From Candidatus Hinthialibacteria bacterium OLB16 (GTDB lineage Bacteria; Hinthialibacterota; Hinthialibacteria; OLB16): a stretch of 64,000 nt of DNA. Below, in pieces: positions 40,083-50,749 of this stretch (position 1 is the stretch's first letter; the number at the start of each line of letters is the position of its first letter). Made by a program: the position numbers and the translations under genes. Under the pieces are notes generated by a model. That model was given only the letters and a program-made list of their open reading frames with translations. It did not search any database and was not told the DNA's origin. The DNA is taken from NCBI GenBank assembly GCA_001567115.1, contig LMZT01000020.1:17651-81650 (forward strand). Reading direction: 5' to 3'.

Positions 40083-41620
40083 TCACCTGCCAGGCCGGTT
40101 GAAAATGCTGTAGAGGCTGCTCTGGATTCGTCTGGCCGGGACAACACGGAGCAGATCCTGTTTTCGGAACAGCCCGGTGAGCCAGGCCAGGCCTCCATAC
40201 CCCAAAGTCAGAAGCAGGCCTTTCAACCCAAAACCGGCCATGCTGCTTCCGTTTGCGGGCAGGCCGGCCAGCAGCGCGAATCCAATACACCCCACTGCAC
40301 AGAGGCTGGTCCAAAAAATCCGGGTGTCGATGGCGCCAGTATATGGGAAACAACCAGCAGGCCGCCAACCCCCAGGGGAAGGATGCATGTAAAGAGGACA
40401 ATGCCTTTCCCCCAGCCGATCACCCAGGCAGCATAGGGAATGACAAAAGCGAATCCGACTGCAAGGGCTACCAGATACTGTTTCATCCGGGTCAGCGAAA
40501 GCAGCATCCGTAAATGGAATTCAGCTGCCAGCATCAACCCCCCGGCAATCCCTCCGATCTGAATCAGGCGGGTCATGAGATTGATATCGCGATGGTACTC
40601 TTCCCCCAGAACAACCCAGATCAATGGGCGTGTCATCCCGAGTATCATGGCCACCAGCCATCCCCCCAGAAAGGCGCTCATCCGCCAGGACTCCGCCTGA
40701 ATTTCTGAAAAGCGCTCTTTCTCACCCGCCTCCGCCGAGGAAACCAGCCAGGGGTAGGCGCTCACACTGAAGATGCTCGCCAGATAAATGACCAGGGCGA
40801 AACCCTGGATGCTCAATCCCAGATACCCCACCTGCTCTCTTGGAAATTCCATCTGACCGGCCAGCGGCACCAGGGTTCTGGTGAAGATCTGATAGATCAG
40901 CTGCCCGAGCAGGGAGGCAATTCCCAGTAATTTGATTTCATGCCAGGGGAACCAGGACTCACAGGGAGCCAGCGCCGAGATCTTCTTGTCGAACCAGGTG
41001 TGGCTTCTGCTGCGGAATGAAAGAATCATCCAGGCCAGCGAGGGCAGGGAAGCCACCAGCAGCAGGATCGGAATCCACTCAACCGCCCAGGCATCGATGG
41101 TGGAAGGCCCGGAAGTGGCGGCCATCATCCCGGCATAACCTCCGATGAGCACGACCCGCATAAACAGCACCAGAACCGGAAACCAGGTGGTCGGCCCCAG
41201 AAAACCGAGGCCATACTCGGCGCTCGAAAGCAGCTGCGCGGTCCCGGAAACCGCCACACCAAAAAAGATCCAGGCAAAGCCTGTCCGGTCTGCCAGGAAT
41301 GGATAAACCAGCCAGATCGAAAGCAGCATGACAAAAAACCAACGGAACACCTGGCGGATAAACGGCCACTGCCTCCCCGGATCCGATACACGGTAGATGG
41401 CAATGAAGTGAGAAAGCATGGGTGCAGCGCAGCCATTCAGCAGCCCCAGCAGGAACATGAAAGATCCGAGGTAATATTGCAGGGTCCCATGTGCTTTCGG
41501 GCCAAGAAGGATGGGATACACCACCAGCCCGACCATGGACAGGGCCAGATTCGCCCCTCGGCCGGCCAGCAGAATCAGTGTTTCCCGGCCAAGGGAGGGT
41601 TTTTCAGGGCTGGATGCCAT
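40083..41620 (-). CDS. Wzx-like polysaccharide flippase (frameshift at T-run near 40315)
   Basis: About 14 TM helices, LGPKAHG in the first loop and QVGYLG; ORFs 40223..41620 and 40083..40388 join. Confidence 0.7.
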
Positions 41621-41650
41621 GGCATCTCGGAAAAGTGGTTGATTGCATGG

Positions 41651-42457
41651 TTATTCCCGGAATGGGGAGGGGGCAGAAGGGTTATACAGATTCCGGATTG
41701 CCTGGCTCAGGTCACTCTGCCGTATCAGTGTTTCACCAACCAGGACCGCCGATACCCCCACATCCCGCAGGATCTCCAGATCGGCATAGCAACGGATTCC
41801 GCTCTCACTCACGACCACCGATTTCTTCGGGGCCAGCCCAACCAGATCGAAGGTGGTCTGCAAAGTCACTTCGAAGGTTTTCAAATCCCGATTGTTGATT
41901 CCAATCAAATCTGCTCCACAATCGATGACCCGCCGCATCTCGGTTTCATCATGCACCTCGCAGAGCACCGCCAGATTCAGGCTGCGCGCCAGGTCGATGA
42001 ACCTCTTCATTTCCGAGTTGGTCAGAATCGATGCGATCAGCAGAATCGCATCCGCTCCCAGCAGCCGAGACTCCGGCACCTGGAATGCATCGATGATGAA
42101 ATCTTTGCGCAGTGCGGGAATTTTGACTGTTTCATGAACAACCTTCAGATAGCCTGGATGTCCCTGAAAATATTTTTCTTCGGTCAAAACGGATAATGCC
42201 GCTGCACCTCCCTTGGCATAAGCCAGCGCGATTTCCCGCGGTTCAAACTCTTCCCGGAAAACCCCTTTGGAGGGAGAGGCTTTTTTCATTTCGGCGATCA
42301 GGGTGATTTTCTCCTTGCGCACCAGGGCTTTACGAAAGTCCCGTGGGGATTCCGCCCGGGAGGCCTCTTCCATGTATCGCTCGAAATCTCTGCCTTTCTT
42401 CAACTCTTCAACTTCAGGTCTTTTATCGGTTACGATCTGTTCCAGAATCGATGACAT
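41651..42457 (-). CDS. trpC: Indole-3-glycerol phosphate synthase
   Basis: IAEMKKASPSKG, LSVLTE, LRKDFI, GINNRDL and SESGI. Confidence 0.97.
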   Translation of the reverse strand: MSSILEQIVTDKRPEVEELKKGRDFERYMEEASRAESPRDFRKALVRKEKITLIAEMKKASPSKGVFREEFEPREIALAYAKGGAAALSVLTEEKYFQGHPGYLKVVHETVKIPALRKDFIIDAFQVPESRLLGADAILLIASILTNSEMKRFIDLARSLNLAVLCEVHDETEMRRVIDCGADLIGINNRDLKTFEVTLQTTFDLVGLAPKKSVVVSESGIRCYADLEILRDVGVSAVLVGETLIRQSDLSQAIRNLYNPSAPSPFRE

Positions 42458-42562
42458 CCTTCTCCTGTTCCTCTTTCTCTGGGCGGTCGACAAGCAGGGG
42501 CATCATAGACAATATGCCGGGCGGATTTCAGCCTTTCACACTCATGGGCCGGACTTCATTTG

Positions 42563-43278
42563 ATGCCTCCTCATAATTACCAGCTTCCACCATAGAGGCG
42601 ATCCCCCTTCCCACAGTCATCCCCGGCAGCTGGCCACCTCTGGTTGAACGGCATCTCAAGTGGCTCCATGAATACAACCAGATCCACAACCTCACCCGTG
42701 TTCCTGAAGAAAAATGGCTTGAAAGGCATGTCCTCGATTCGCTCGCCCTCCACTTTGCCCTCTGGAGGCCGACTGGCCGAGTCCTCGACCTGGGCACCGG
42801 CGGCGGGTTTCCGGGAATTCCTCTCGCTGCTCTGAATCCGGATACCCCCTTGTCCTGCTGGACTCCAAACAGAAAGTCACCCGCCTCCTGGAGGATTTTA
42901 TCCAGTCGGACCCGGACAGCCCAAATATTCAAACCCTCACAGCACGATCCGAAGAAGCTGCCCATGATCCCGGTCATCGGGGCTGTTACCAGACCGTGGT
43001 CACCCGGGCTGTGGCGGCATTGCCGGTCCTCATCGAGCTGGCTCTCCCTTTTCTCACCGATGGCGGCCAGCTGATCTGCTGGAAATCCGATCTCTCCGAG
43101 CTCTCCACAAGCTCGAAAGCCTTGGCTGAACTCCGGGGATCAATTTCTGCTCTTCACAAATACCACTTACCCGGCGAGGAAAAGGAGCGTTATCTGATCC
43201 AGATCACACACCAATCCCCCTGCCCGGATCATTTCCGCGGAAACGGGAATCCCGAACAAGAGGCCTCTGGTGGAATAA
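42563..43278 (+). CDS. rsmG: 16S rRNA m7G527 methyltransferase, split by several single-base indels
   Basis: Hand-read frames give YNQIHNLTR, RHVLDSL, VLDLGTGGGFPGIPLA, LLDSKQK, VTRAVA and GIPNKRPL; indels near 42590, 42850 and 43235. Confidence 0.85.
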
Positions 43279-43356
43279 TTCTGCTTAAAAAAATATCGCC
43301 TCATCGCGTTTTTTCCGGCTAAGATGAACCCAGGACAGCGATCGAGGTTCCACCGA

Positions 43357-45930
43357 ATGAAGATGCTCTGGTATCAGATTTTGATCTTCTCTCTTGTGGG
43401 AGGAGTTTCAATGGTATCTGCTCAGCAGGTTTCACCCAAAAGAATCTACCTGGCCCCGGATGACCACACCGATTACTTCTGGACCGCCACAGGAGATCAG
43501 TATCGTCAGGCTTTTCTGGAGATGATCGATTACTACCTCGACCGTGCCGATGCCACCATGGCGAATCCGGCGGATCACCAGAGCCGTTGGAACTGTGATG
43601 GCAGCCTGTGGATGTGGGAGTACGAAAAAAACAGGTCCCCGCACAATTTTCAGAGGTTCATCGACCGCATCAAAAGCGGCCACATCAGTGTTCCTCTCAC
43701 CGCCCTGGTGTCGTGTTATGGAGGCGCCCCAGTCGAAGCCATTCTGCGTGGCATGTATTACCCGGGATCGATTGAACGCCGTTATGACCTGCGCTTTCAT
43801 CTGGCTGTCTCCATGGAGAATCAGACTCTCCCGTATGGGCTTGGCTCGCTCTGGGCGGGCGCGGGGGCCAGATATTCCTGGAAAGGCATCTGCGGCTGCG
43901 CTACCAAGGTTCCCGATGCCGGCAGCCGGGAGCATGAGATCTACTGGTGGAATGGACCGGATGGCAGCCGCATCCTCACCAAGTGGTATTCTCTGGTCAG
44001 CAATCAGAGCATCGGGGGGTATGCCGAAGGGAGATCCCCCTCAAACGCAATCGATTATGTCGATTCGGATCCTTCGTTTCTGGCCAGGCATCCCTACGGG
44101 ATCATCGGAATCTTTGGCCAGGGGTGGGATGATTTCAAAACCACCAACCAGAACCTCCTGAATGCCGCCATCACCCAATCGAATGCCAGCCGAAGAATCA
44201 TCGTTTCCAATGAAGCCGATTTCTTTCAGGATTTTGAATCTGTATATGGCCAGTCGCTTCCTTCGCTTTCCTGTGCTTATGGCAATGAATGGGACCTTTA
44301 CTGCGCCTCGATGGCGGAGGTCTCTGCACGAATCAAGCGATCGGTTGAAAAACTGCGCGCCGCTGAAGCTCTGGCGACACTGGTCAGCCTGGCCGATTCC
44401 ACCTTTATGGACTCCCGTAAAGCTTCCCAGGATCGGGCTTTCCTCAATTATGGCCTCTACTGGGAGCATGACTGGACCGCAGATGGGCCGGTCGGCAGGC
44501 AGGCACGCGCAGACTGGCAGCGAGCCATTACCGGCGAAATCGAGGAATATGTCGATTCTCTTTTCGAAGATTCCCAGGCAGCACTGGGCGGCATGATCCA
44601 CAAATCGGGAACCTCTCCCAGATTTTATGTTTTCAACCCCCTCGGCTGGTCAAGAACGGATTCGGTGGATCTCCCCTACACGACTTCATCGCCATTCCAT
44701 GTGGTTGACCTCTCCAATGGACTCGAAACCCCATCACAAAAAGTGACTCTCCCGGGTGGGGCCTCTATCCGCATCCTGGCTCGCAGTGTGCCTCCAGTGG
44801 GATACAGGGTTTTTGAAATTCGCAGCGGAGCCGGTACCGCTTTCTCCCAGGCTGCCACAGTCAACGGCAACACTCTTGAAAACGATATGTATCGGCTGAC
44901 CATCGGCCCTCGTGGTTCTGTAACCAGCTGGATCGATAAAACCCGTTCCAATCGTGAATTCGTACGCACTGTCGATGGGCTGGCGGTGAATGATTTCGGG
45001 TCGGGTGCAGGAACGACTGCAGTCGAAAATGCCGGCCCGGTATCGGTGACCCTCAAGACCACGATTGCCTCACCACTCCCACGGACTGTGCGTGCCACCC
45101 TGACTCGTGAAGTCAATCGGGTCGATTTCATGAATGAGATCCAACAGAACTTCAGCGATGTCCTTACCTGGGGATTCGGGTTCAACCTGGATAACCCGGT
45201 GGTTAACCATGAGGAAGTCGGTGCAGTGATCCGGGCGAAGCTTCTGGCGGATGGGGGCCACTACTCCGGCAGGAATGCGAGGTATGACTGGCTGACCCTG
45301 AACCACTTTGCGGATATCGGTTCGGGCAGCCTGGGAGTGACCCTGTCCAATGCCGATTGTTATTACATGCGCCTCGGGAACAGCACTCCCTCGAGTCTGG
45401 ATACCTCCACCCCATTGATCCGTGTGCTCGCGGGAGGGCAGGTGGATGGAACTGGCCTCGGAATTCAAGACCAGGATGGGGACACCCATTTTCTGCAGCG
45501 CTTTGCACTCCAAACTCATGGAGCCTATTCCTCTGTGGATGCCATGAAGTTCGCTCTCGAACACCAGAATCCCCTGATTGCCGGACCTGTCACAGGGGGG
45601 CAGACCTACCCGGAAACAACCTGGTCTTTCCTGACTGTTTCAGATAACCGAACCCTTCTGTGGGCCTTGAAACCTGCCGAGGAAGGGATAAACCGCGGGA
45701 TAGTTGCACGTCTCTGGAATCTGTCGGACCAGCAGGCCACCAGCAAAGTGACATTGCAGAATCGAAACCTGCGTTCAGCCAAAGCCCTGACACATATCGA
45801 AACAGAAACTGGAAATGCCATTCTCGAAGGTGGAGCCTTGAAAGAATCCTTTCAAGGACATCAAATTCGAACATTTCTCCTGGATCCGGAGCCGGGGTCA
45901 GCCTCGAATTCATCCTGGATGCTGTACTGA
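43357..45930 (+). CDS. Secreted GH38 (alpha-mannosidase-like) glycoside hydrolase
   Basis: Signal peptide, DDHTDYFW (GH38 HxD-like), YWEHDW, VFNPLGWSRTD, VPPVGY, ALKPAE and IRTF. Confidence 0.8.
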   Translation: MKMLWYQILIFSLVGGVSMVSAQQVSPKRIYLAPDDHTDYFWTATGDQYRQAFLEMIDYYLDRADATMANPADHQSRWNCDGSLWMWEYEKNRSPHNFQRFIDRIKSGHISVPLTALVSCYGGAPVEAILRGMYYPGSIERRYDLRFHLAVSMENQTLPYGLGSLWAGAGARYSWKGICGCATKVPDAGSREHEIYWWNGPDGSRILTKWYSLVSNQSIGGYAEGRSPSNAIDYVDSDPSFLARHPYGIIGIFGQGWDDFKTTNQNLLNAAITQSNASRRIIVSNEADFFQDFESVYGQSLPSLSCAYGNEWDLYCASMAEVSARIKRSVEKLRAAEALATLVSLADSTFMDSRKASQDRAFLNYGLYWEHDWTADGPVGRQARADWQRAITGEIEEYVDSLFEDSQAALGGMIHKSGTSPRFYVFNPLGWSRTDSVDLPYTTSSPFHVVDLSNGLETPSQKVTLPGGASIRILARSVPPVGYRVFEIRSGAGTAFSQAATVNGNTLENDMYRLTIGPRGSVTSWIDKTRSNREFVRTVDGLAVNDFGSGAGTTAVENAGPVSVTLKTTIASPLPRTVRATLTREVNRVDFMNEIQQNFSDVLTWGFGFNLDNPVVNHEEVGAVIRAKLLADGGHYSGRNARYDWLTLNHFADIGSGSLGVTLSNADCYYMRLGNSTPSSLDTSTPLIRVLAGGQVDGTGLGIQDQDGDTHFLQRFALQTHGAYSSVDAMKFALEHQNPLIAGPVTGGQTYPETTWSFLTVSDNRTLLWALKPAEEGINRGIVARLWNLSDQQATSKVTLQNRNLRSAKALTHIETETGNAILEGGALKESFQGHQIRTFLLDPEPGSASNSSWMLY

Positions 45931-46043
45931 TTTCCCAGGCAGAAATATGTGCTCCTCAGGTGCTGTGTCACTGCAGATTGTTCCGCTCCAGCAATCTCGC
46001 CAATGTGCCGGAGATTGAATTATCCTTTTCAAAAAGGATCCCA

Positions 46044-47225
46044 ATGATGGCGCATCGCAAGCAGAACCCTGTACCTCGAAGACGCAAATCCCTCCGGCAT
46101 GCACCCCCGGGTTCCCCTCCGGGAACCATCGCGGTCGATCCTGACGCTCCAGCCCCATCCGTGCGGGTTCTGGGGTATGGTCCGGATACATTCCATGAAG
46201 AAGAAATCCAGGATTCCGGCCGCCTCAAATCACTGGCCGCCACTTTCCCGGTCACCTGGATCAGCGTGAGCGGACTGGGAGATTCGGAGGTTCTGAGCCA
46301 TATCGCCCAGACTTTCGGCATACACCCCCTGGCCTTGGAGGATGTGGTGAATGTTCATCAACGCCCCAAGGCGGATATGTATGGCGATCTGCTCTTTGTC
46401 GTGATGCGTGGGGTCTATCTCGATCAGGATCTGAAAACGGAACAGGTGAGCCTGTTTCTCGGAAAAAATTTTGTGCTGACCTTTCAGGAGGGGCATCACG
46501 ATAGCCTGGAGGTCATCCGGGAGCGAATCCGGCTGGCCAAAGGGCGGATACGCAACCACAAGGCGGACTACCTGGCCTACTCCCTGCTCGATGCAATCAT
46601 CGATGGGTATTATCTGCCACTCGAGGTTTTTGGCGAACGGATCGACCACCTGGAGGACACGGTTCTCATTCATCCCTCTCGCCAGGCGGTGCTCGAGATT
46701 CATTCCATCAAACGGGATCTTCTCGATCTGCGCCGTGCCATCTGGCCGGCACGTGAGATGATCAATGACCTCCTGCGTGACCCCATTCCTCTCCTCTCGG
46801 AGGAGACCCGTCCTTACCTCAAAGACTGCTATGACCACATCATTCAAATCATCGACCTGGTCGAGACCGACCGTGAACTCGGATCGGATCTGATGGATCT
46901 CTACCTGTCCGCAACCAGCAACCGTTTGAATGAAATTATGAAGGTACTGGCAATTATCACCACCATCTTCATGCCGATGTCCTTTGTGGCCGGGCTTTAC
47001 GGGATGAATTTCAACTCCGAGAGATCCCCCTGGAATATGCCGGAACTGAACTGGTATTGGGGGTATCCCATTGTTCTGGGAATGATGGGATTGATGGCTG
47101 TCCTGCTCATGGGGCTGTTTCGCTGGAAAGGCTGGCTCGAACCTCTGGACACCCCCACCGATCCCGCCCGCCTGGGAAAACGCCGGTTTGCTGGGAGAAA
47201 TCATGGGGATGGGCTTGATCCATGA
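46044..47225 (+). CDS. corA: Magnesium/cobalt transporter CorA
   Basis: HPLALEDV..HQRPK, EQVSL, NEIMKVL, YGMNF and MPEL. Confidence 0.96.
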   Translation: MMAHRKQNPVPRRRKSLRHAPPGSPPGTIAVDPDAPAPSVRVLGYGPDTFHEEEIQDSGRLKSLAATFPVTWISVSGLGDSEVLSHIAQTFGIHPLALEDVVNVHQRPKADMYGDLLFVVMRGVYLDQDLKTEQVSLFLGKNFVLTFQEGHHDSLEVIRERIRLAKGRIRNHKADYLAYSLLDAIIDGYYLPLEVFGERIDHLEDTVLIHPSRQAVLEIHSIKRDLLDLRRAIWPAREMINDLLRDPIPLLSEETRPYLKDCYDHIIQIIDLVETDRELGSDLMDLYLSATSNRLNEIMKVLAIITTIFMPMSFVAGLYGMNFNSERSPWNMPELNWYWGYPIVLGMMGLMAVLLMGLFRWKGWLEPLDTPTDPARLGKRRFAGRNHGDGLDP

Positions 47226-47343
47226 CCCGGGGGGTGTCAAGCTTCGAAGATTCACGCTCTCTGGGAGCAGGATTGTTGGAGCTTTGAATTGTTCCTGCTA
47301 AACTGAGACCATTCTTTCAGACTGAAGGAGAAATTGGAAACCA

Positions 47344-48694
47344 ATGAATTTGAGAACACGCTGTTCAACATTGTGGGTTGTACTCATGGCCATGACCTGT
47401 GTTTTGACCGCAACCAGCTGCTGGGCTGATTCAGTCCTCAAGGCTTTTGTTGAGAAACCCGATCCCACGACACACTGGGAAATTGTCGGTTCAGCAACGG
47501 AAGAGGGTGTGACTGTCTATAATATTCTGCTCACCTCACAGACCTGGCGCGATATCCCCTGGAAACATCATCTCGCCCTGGTTGTTCCCGAAAAGAAAAA
47601 AAGACACGAAACATGCCCTTCTGTTCATCAGTGGTGGCAGCCTGGATGAAAATGGGAATCCCAGGATTAAAAATAAATCCGATGAAATCGCACGAATCGG
47701 CAAGATCGCCACTCTGACCGGTTCACCGGTCGCTGTTCTTGGCCAGGTTCCGAACCAGCCCCTTTATGGCGGTAAAAAAGAGGATGACCTGATCTCCTAC
47801 ACCTATGACCAATATGTTAAGACAGGCGACAATACCTGGCCGCTTCTCCAGCCCATGGTCAAAAGCGCAGCCAGGGCGATGGATGCTGTCCAGGATGTCG
47901 CCAAAACCAAAGCGGGAGTTACAGTGGAAAAATTTGTCGTTTCCGGCGCCTCCAAGCGTGGATGGACCACCTGGCTGACCGGGGCTGTCGAGCCGCGTGT
48001 GGCCGCCATCGCCCCGATGGTGATCGATACCCTCTATTTTGAAAAACAGATGCCCCATCAGCTCGAAAGCTGGGGCAAATACAGTGAACAGATCGAGGAT
48101 TACACCCGCCTGGGACTTCAGGAAAAACTGGCCTCAGATGAAGGCAAATCCCTTCGCCAGATTGTAGATCCTTATTCTTTCGTTGACTCTCTGACCATGC
48201 CCAAACTCCTTTTCATGGGGACCAATGATCCCTATTGGGTGGTGGATGCAGTCAAGTTTTATTACGATGATCTCAAAGGCGATAAAGGCATTCACTATGT
48301 GGCCAATGCCGGCCATGGCCTGAAGGATGGGAAAGAAGCCATCGAGAACCTTGCCGCCTTCTTTGCCACCATCGCCACCGGCAGGAAGGATCCAACCCTC
48401 AACTGGAAAACAAATGTCGAGAATGGCAAGGTTACAGTCAATCTGACAGCCAATGTCGATGCGGTTTCAGGGAAACTCTGGACTGCCACACAGAGTGACC
48501 GGGATTTCCGGGATGCCACCTGGACCAGCCAGGGGCTTGATTCAGATGATTCCCGGGCGGCTACAGTCTCTGTTCCATTGCCAAAAGAGGGCTTCAAAAC
48601 CTTCTATGTTGAGGCCTTTTTCCCAAGCCCGCTTGGCGGAGACTGGTCGAAATGCACCCGGGTTTTTGTTCTTGATAAAAACGGAATTCTTTGA
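47344..48694 (+). CDS. Secreted PqaA (PhoPQ-activated pathogenicity-related) family alpha/beta hydrolase (frameshift at A-run near 47600)
   Basis: Signal peptide, LTSQTW..WKH, VPNQP, GASKRGWTTW, DPY and NAGH. Confidence 0.88.
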
Positions 48695-48773
48695 CCCCAT
48701 CTTTTTGTAATGGCCAAAGGAAGGATTTGCTATTATCCTGTTTGATGAAACTCGATTGAAGGAATCAAATGCT

Positions 48774-50600
48774 ATGATCGATCTGAACCGGTCCGTTCCG
48801 GGAAACTCTCCCCTTCGTGGCGGGCATACATTCCTGATCCCTGTTATGGGAACTGGATTTACAGTCGATACCCCGTTGAAAGTGGCTCGTTACGGGATTT
48901 CATCGGTCGTCTCGATTGTTGATGACAGCCTCGCGGAAAATGTGCGGCGGTATCATTCAAACCGGCTTGGTGAACCATTTGAGCCGATCGAAGAGCGCGA
49001 GGAAGATTCGCGTGCGCGGAGGATTACCGCTTATCTGAACTTCCTCCAGAGAATGATTCAGAAGCAGGTCGAGCAGCTGAAGTCATCACCATTCGAGCCT
49101 GGCAGCGAAATCACCCGTTATTACAGCCTCCTTCCCGATGGGCCGCTCAAAGATCTTTATAACCGCATGTGCGCCAGTGGAGATGAGGCCACATGCCTCG
49201 CTCTTCAGGCTCAGCTGCGCGAGCTTGCCGAACCCGGAAGCATCGATGTCAACATCATGACCAAGGTGGACCGGGATCATTACAAGAATGGAGTCAAGCT
49301 TCCACCTGAATTCAGCGATGCCCTGTCTTCCATGCGGGGGTTTGCACGCAGTGATCTCTCCTCCGGGGTTGTTCTTTCCGCCGGGCTGAATCAGAGGCTT
49401 TATTCCTATATCGCCCAGTTCGAGGATTTCTTCCCCAATCCGGAAGGATTCCTGAAAAAGAAGATTATCCTCAAAGTCAGCGATTTCCGTTCGGCTGAAA
49501 TCCAGGGCAAATTCCTCGCTAAAAAAGGCATCTGGATTTCGGAGTATCGAATCGAGTCGGGCCTGAACTGTGGCGGACATGCTTTCGCGACCAAAGGCCA
49601 GCTCATGGGGCCGATCCTTGAAGACTTCAAGAACAAGCGAGGACAGCTTACCCAGGAGCTGTTTGCGGTTTATAACAAAGCCCTGGCTTCCCTGGGGAGG
49701 CAGCAGATGGATCGCCCCGGAGAAGTCCGGGTCACTGTCCAGGGCGGGATCGGCACCTCTATCGAGCATTCCTTCCTTCTTCGCTATTACGAAGTGGACA
49801 GTGCCGGCTGGGCCACTCCTTTCCTCCTGGTGCCGGAAGTGACCAATGTCGATCCGGAGCACCTGGAGAAGCTCTCCCGCGCGGGTGAAGAAGATGTCTA
49901 CCTGAGCGATAGCTCTCCCCTGGGTGTCCCCTTCTGGAACCTCAGGATTTCTACTTCAGAGCAGGAGCGTGAAAGGCTCATCGAGGAAGGCCAGCCCGGC
50001 AGTCCCTGTCCCCGGAAATATCTTGTGTCCAATACCGAGTTCACTTCGGTTCCGATCTGCCTCGCATCGCAAACCTATGTCAAAAAGAAGCTGAGAAGCC
50101 TCGATCAGGAACCTTTGCCAGGGAACCACCTCCAGCGTTTGCGGGAGTATGTCCTCGGGAAATCCTGCTTGTGCCGTGACCTTGCGGGAGCCTTCGAGCG
50201 CATCACGGGAATAAACCCGGCTGCAACTCCGGCAGTCTGCTGCGGCCCCAACATCATCAACTTCAATAAGATTGCCAGCCTCGAGGAGATGGTCGGTCAT
50301 ATTTATGGGCGCCTTTCCCTCCTCAGCAATCCAGACCGGCCTCACATGTTCATCAAAGAACTTGGCCTCTATATCGATTTTCTTCGCAAGGAAATCGATA
50401 AGTACATCGATGGCCTCTCTTCCCACACCCCGAGCTACTTCCAGGAGTTCAAAGAAGGGCTGCGCAGCGGGATTGAATATTACCGGAACCTTGTCGACCG
50501 GCTGGATCACTCGGAGCAACCAGGTTTTGTCGAGAAATTGACCGCACTGGCACAGGAACTGGAGTGGATTCCATCTGCTGAAGCCACAGCACCTGTCTGA
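48774..50600 (+). CDS. Uncharacterised protein with a divergent nitronate-monooxygenase/FabK-like FMN barrel and a Cys-rich domain
   Basis: PVMGTG, DVNIMTK, LSAGL, ESGLNCGGH, VQGGIG, WATPF, SPLGVPF and KSCLCRDL follow the NMO motif order. Confidence 0.6.
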   Translation: MIDLNRSVPGNSPLRGGHTFLIPVMGTGFTVDTPLKVARYGISSVVSIVDDSLAENVRRYHSNRLGEPFEPIEEREEDSRARRITAYLNFLQRMIQKQVEQLKSSPFEPGSEITRYYSLLPDGPLKDLYNRMCASGDEATCLALQAQLRELAEPGSIDVNIMTKVDRDHYKNGVKLPPEFSDALSSMRGFARSDLSSGVVLSAGLNQRLYSYIAQFEDFFPNPEGFLKKKIILKVSDFRSAEIQGKFLAKKGIWISEYRIESGLNCGGHAFATKGQLMGPILEDFKNKRGQLTQELFAVYNKALASLGRQQMDRPGEVRVTVQGGIGTSIEHSFLLRYYEVDSAGWATPFLLVPEVTNVDPEHLEKLSRAGEEDVYLSDSSPLGVPFWNLRISTSEQERERLIEEGQPGSPCPRKYLVSNTEFTSVPICLASQTYVKKKLRSLDQEPLPGNHLQRLREYVLGKSCLCRDLAGAFERITGINPAATPAVCCGPNIINFNKIASLEEMVGHIYGRLSLLSNPDRPHMFIKELGLYIDFLRKEIDKYIDGLSSHTPSYFQEFKEGLRSGIEYYRNLVDRLDHSEQPGFVEKLTALAQELEWIPSAEATAPV

Positions 50601-50749
50601 TACATGGATGTCGCCGTGTGATTCTCAGCCCGGTGTCGGAGAGGCATTGGTAACAGATCAATCTGTATTGTGGCTGGAGAACCGGCTGCAATAAAATGAA
50701 ACCACCCTGGTGGACATCCGATATCTATCAGTAAGGAGTTTTTCAAAAA

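Noticed and set aside
42563-43278. rsmG and the other split genes as true pseudogenes or phase-variable loci
   Set aside because: Motifs are intact, the runs are short and the indels are window-wide, so sequencing error explains them better.
45660-46043. Long N-terminal extension of CorA in the ORF track
   Set aside because: It overlaps the GH38 gene; the CorA-like sequence starts at ATG 46044/46047.
46230-47255. 341-aa minus-strand ORF (similarly 51068..51991, 1670..2488, 21734..22585)
   Set aside because: Antisense shadows of well-supported genes, common in GC-rich DNA.
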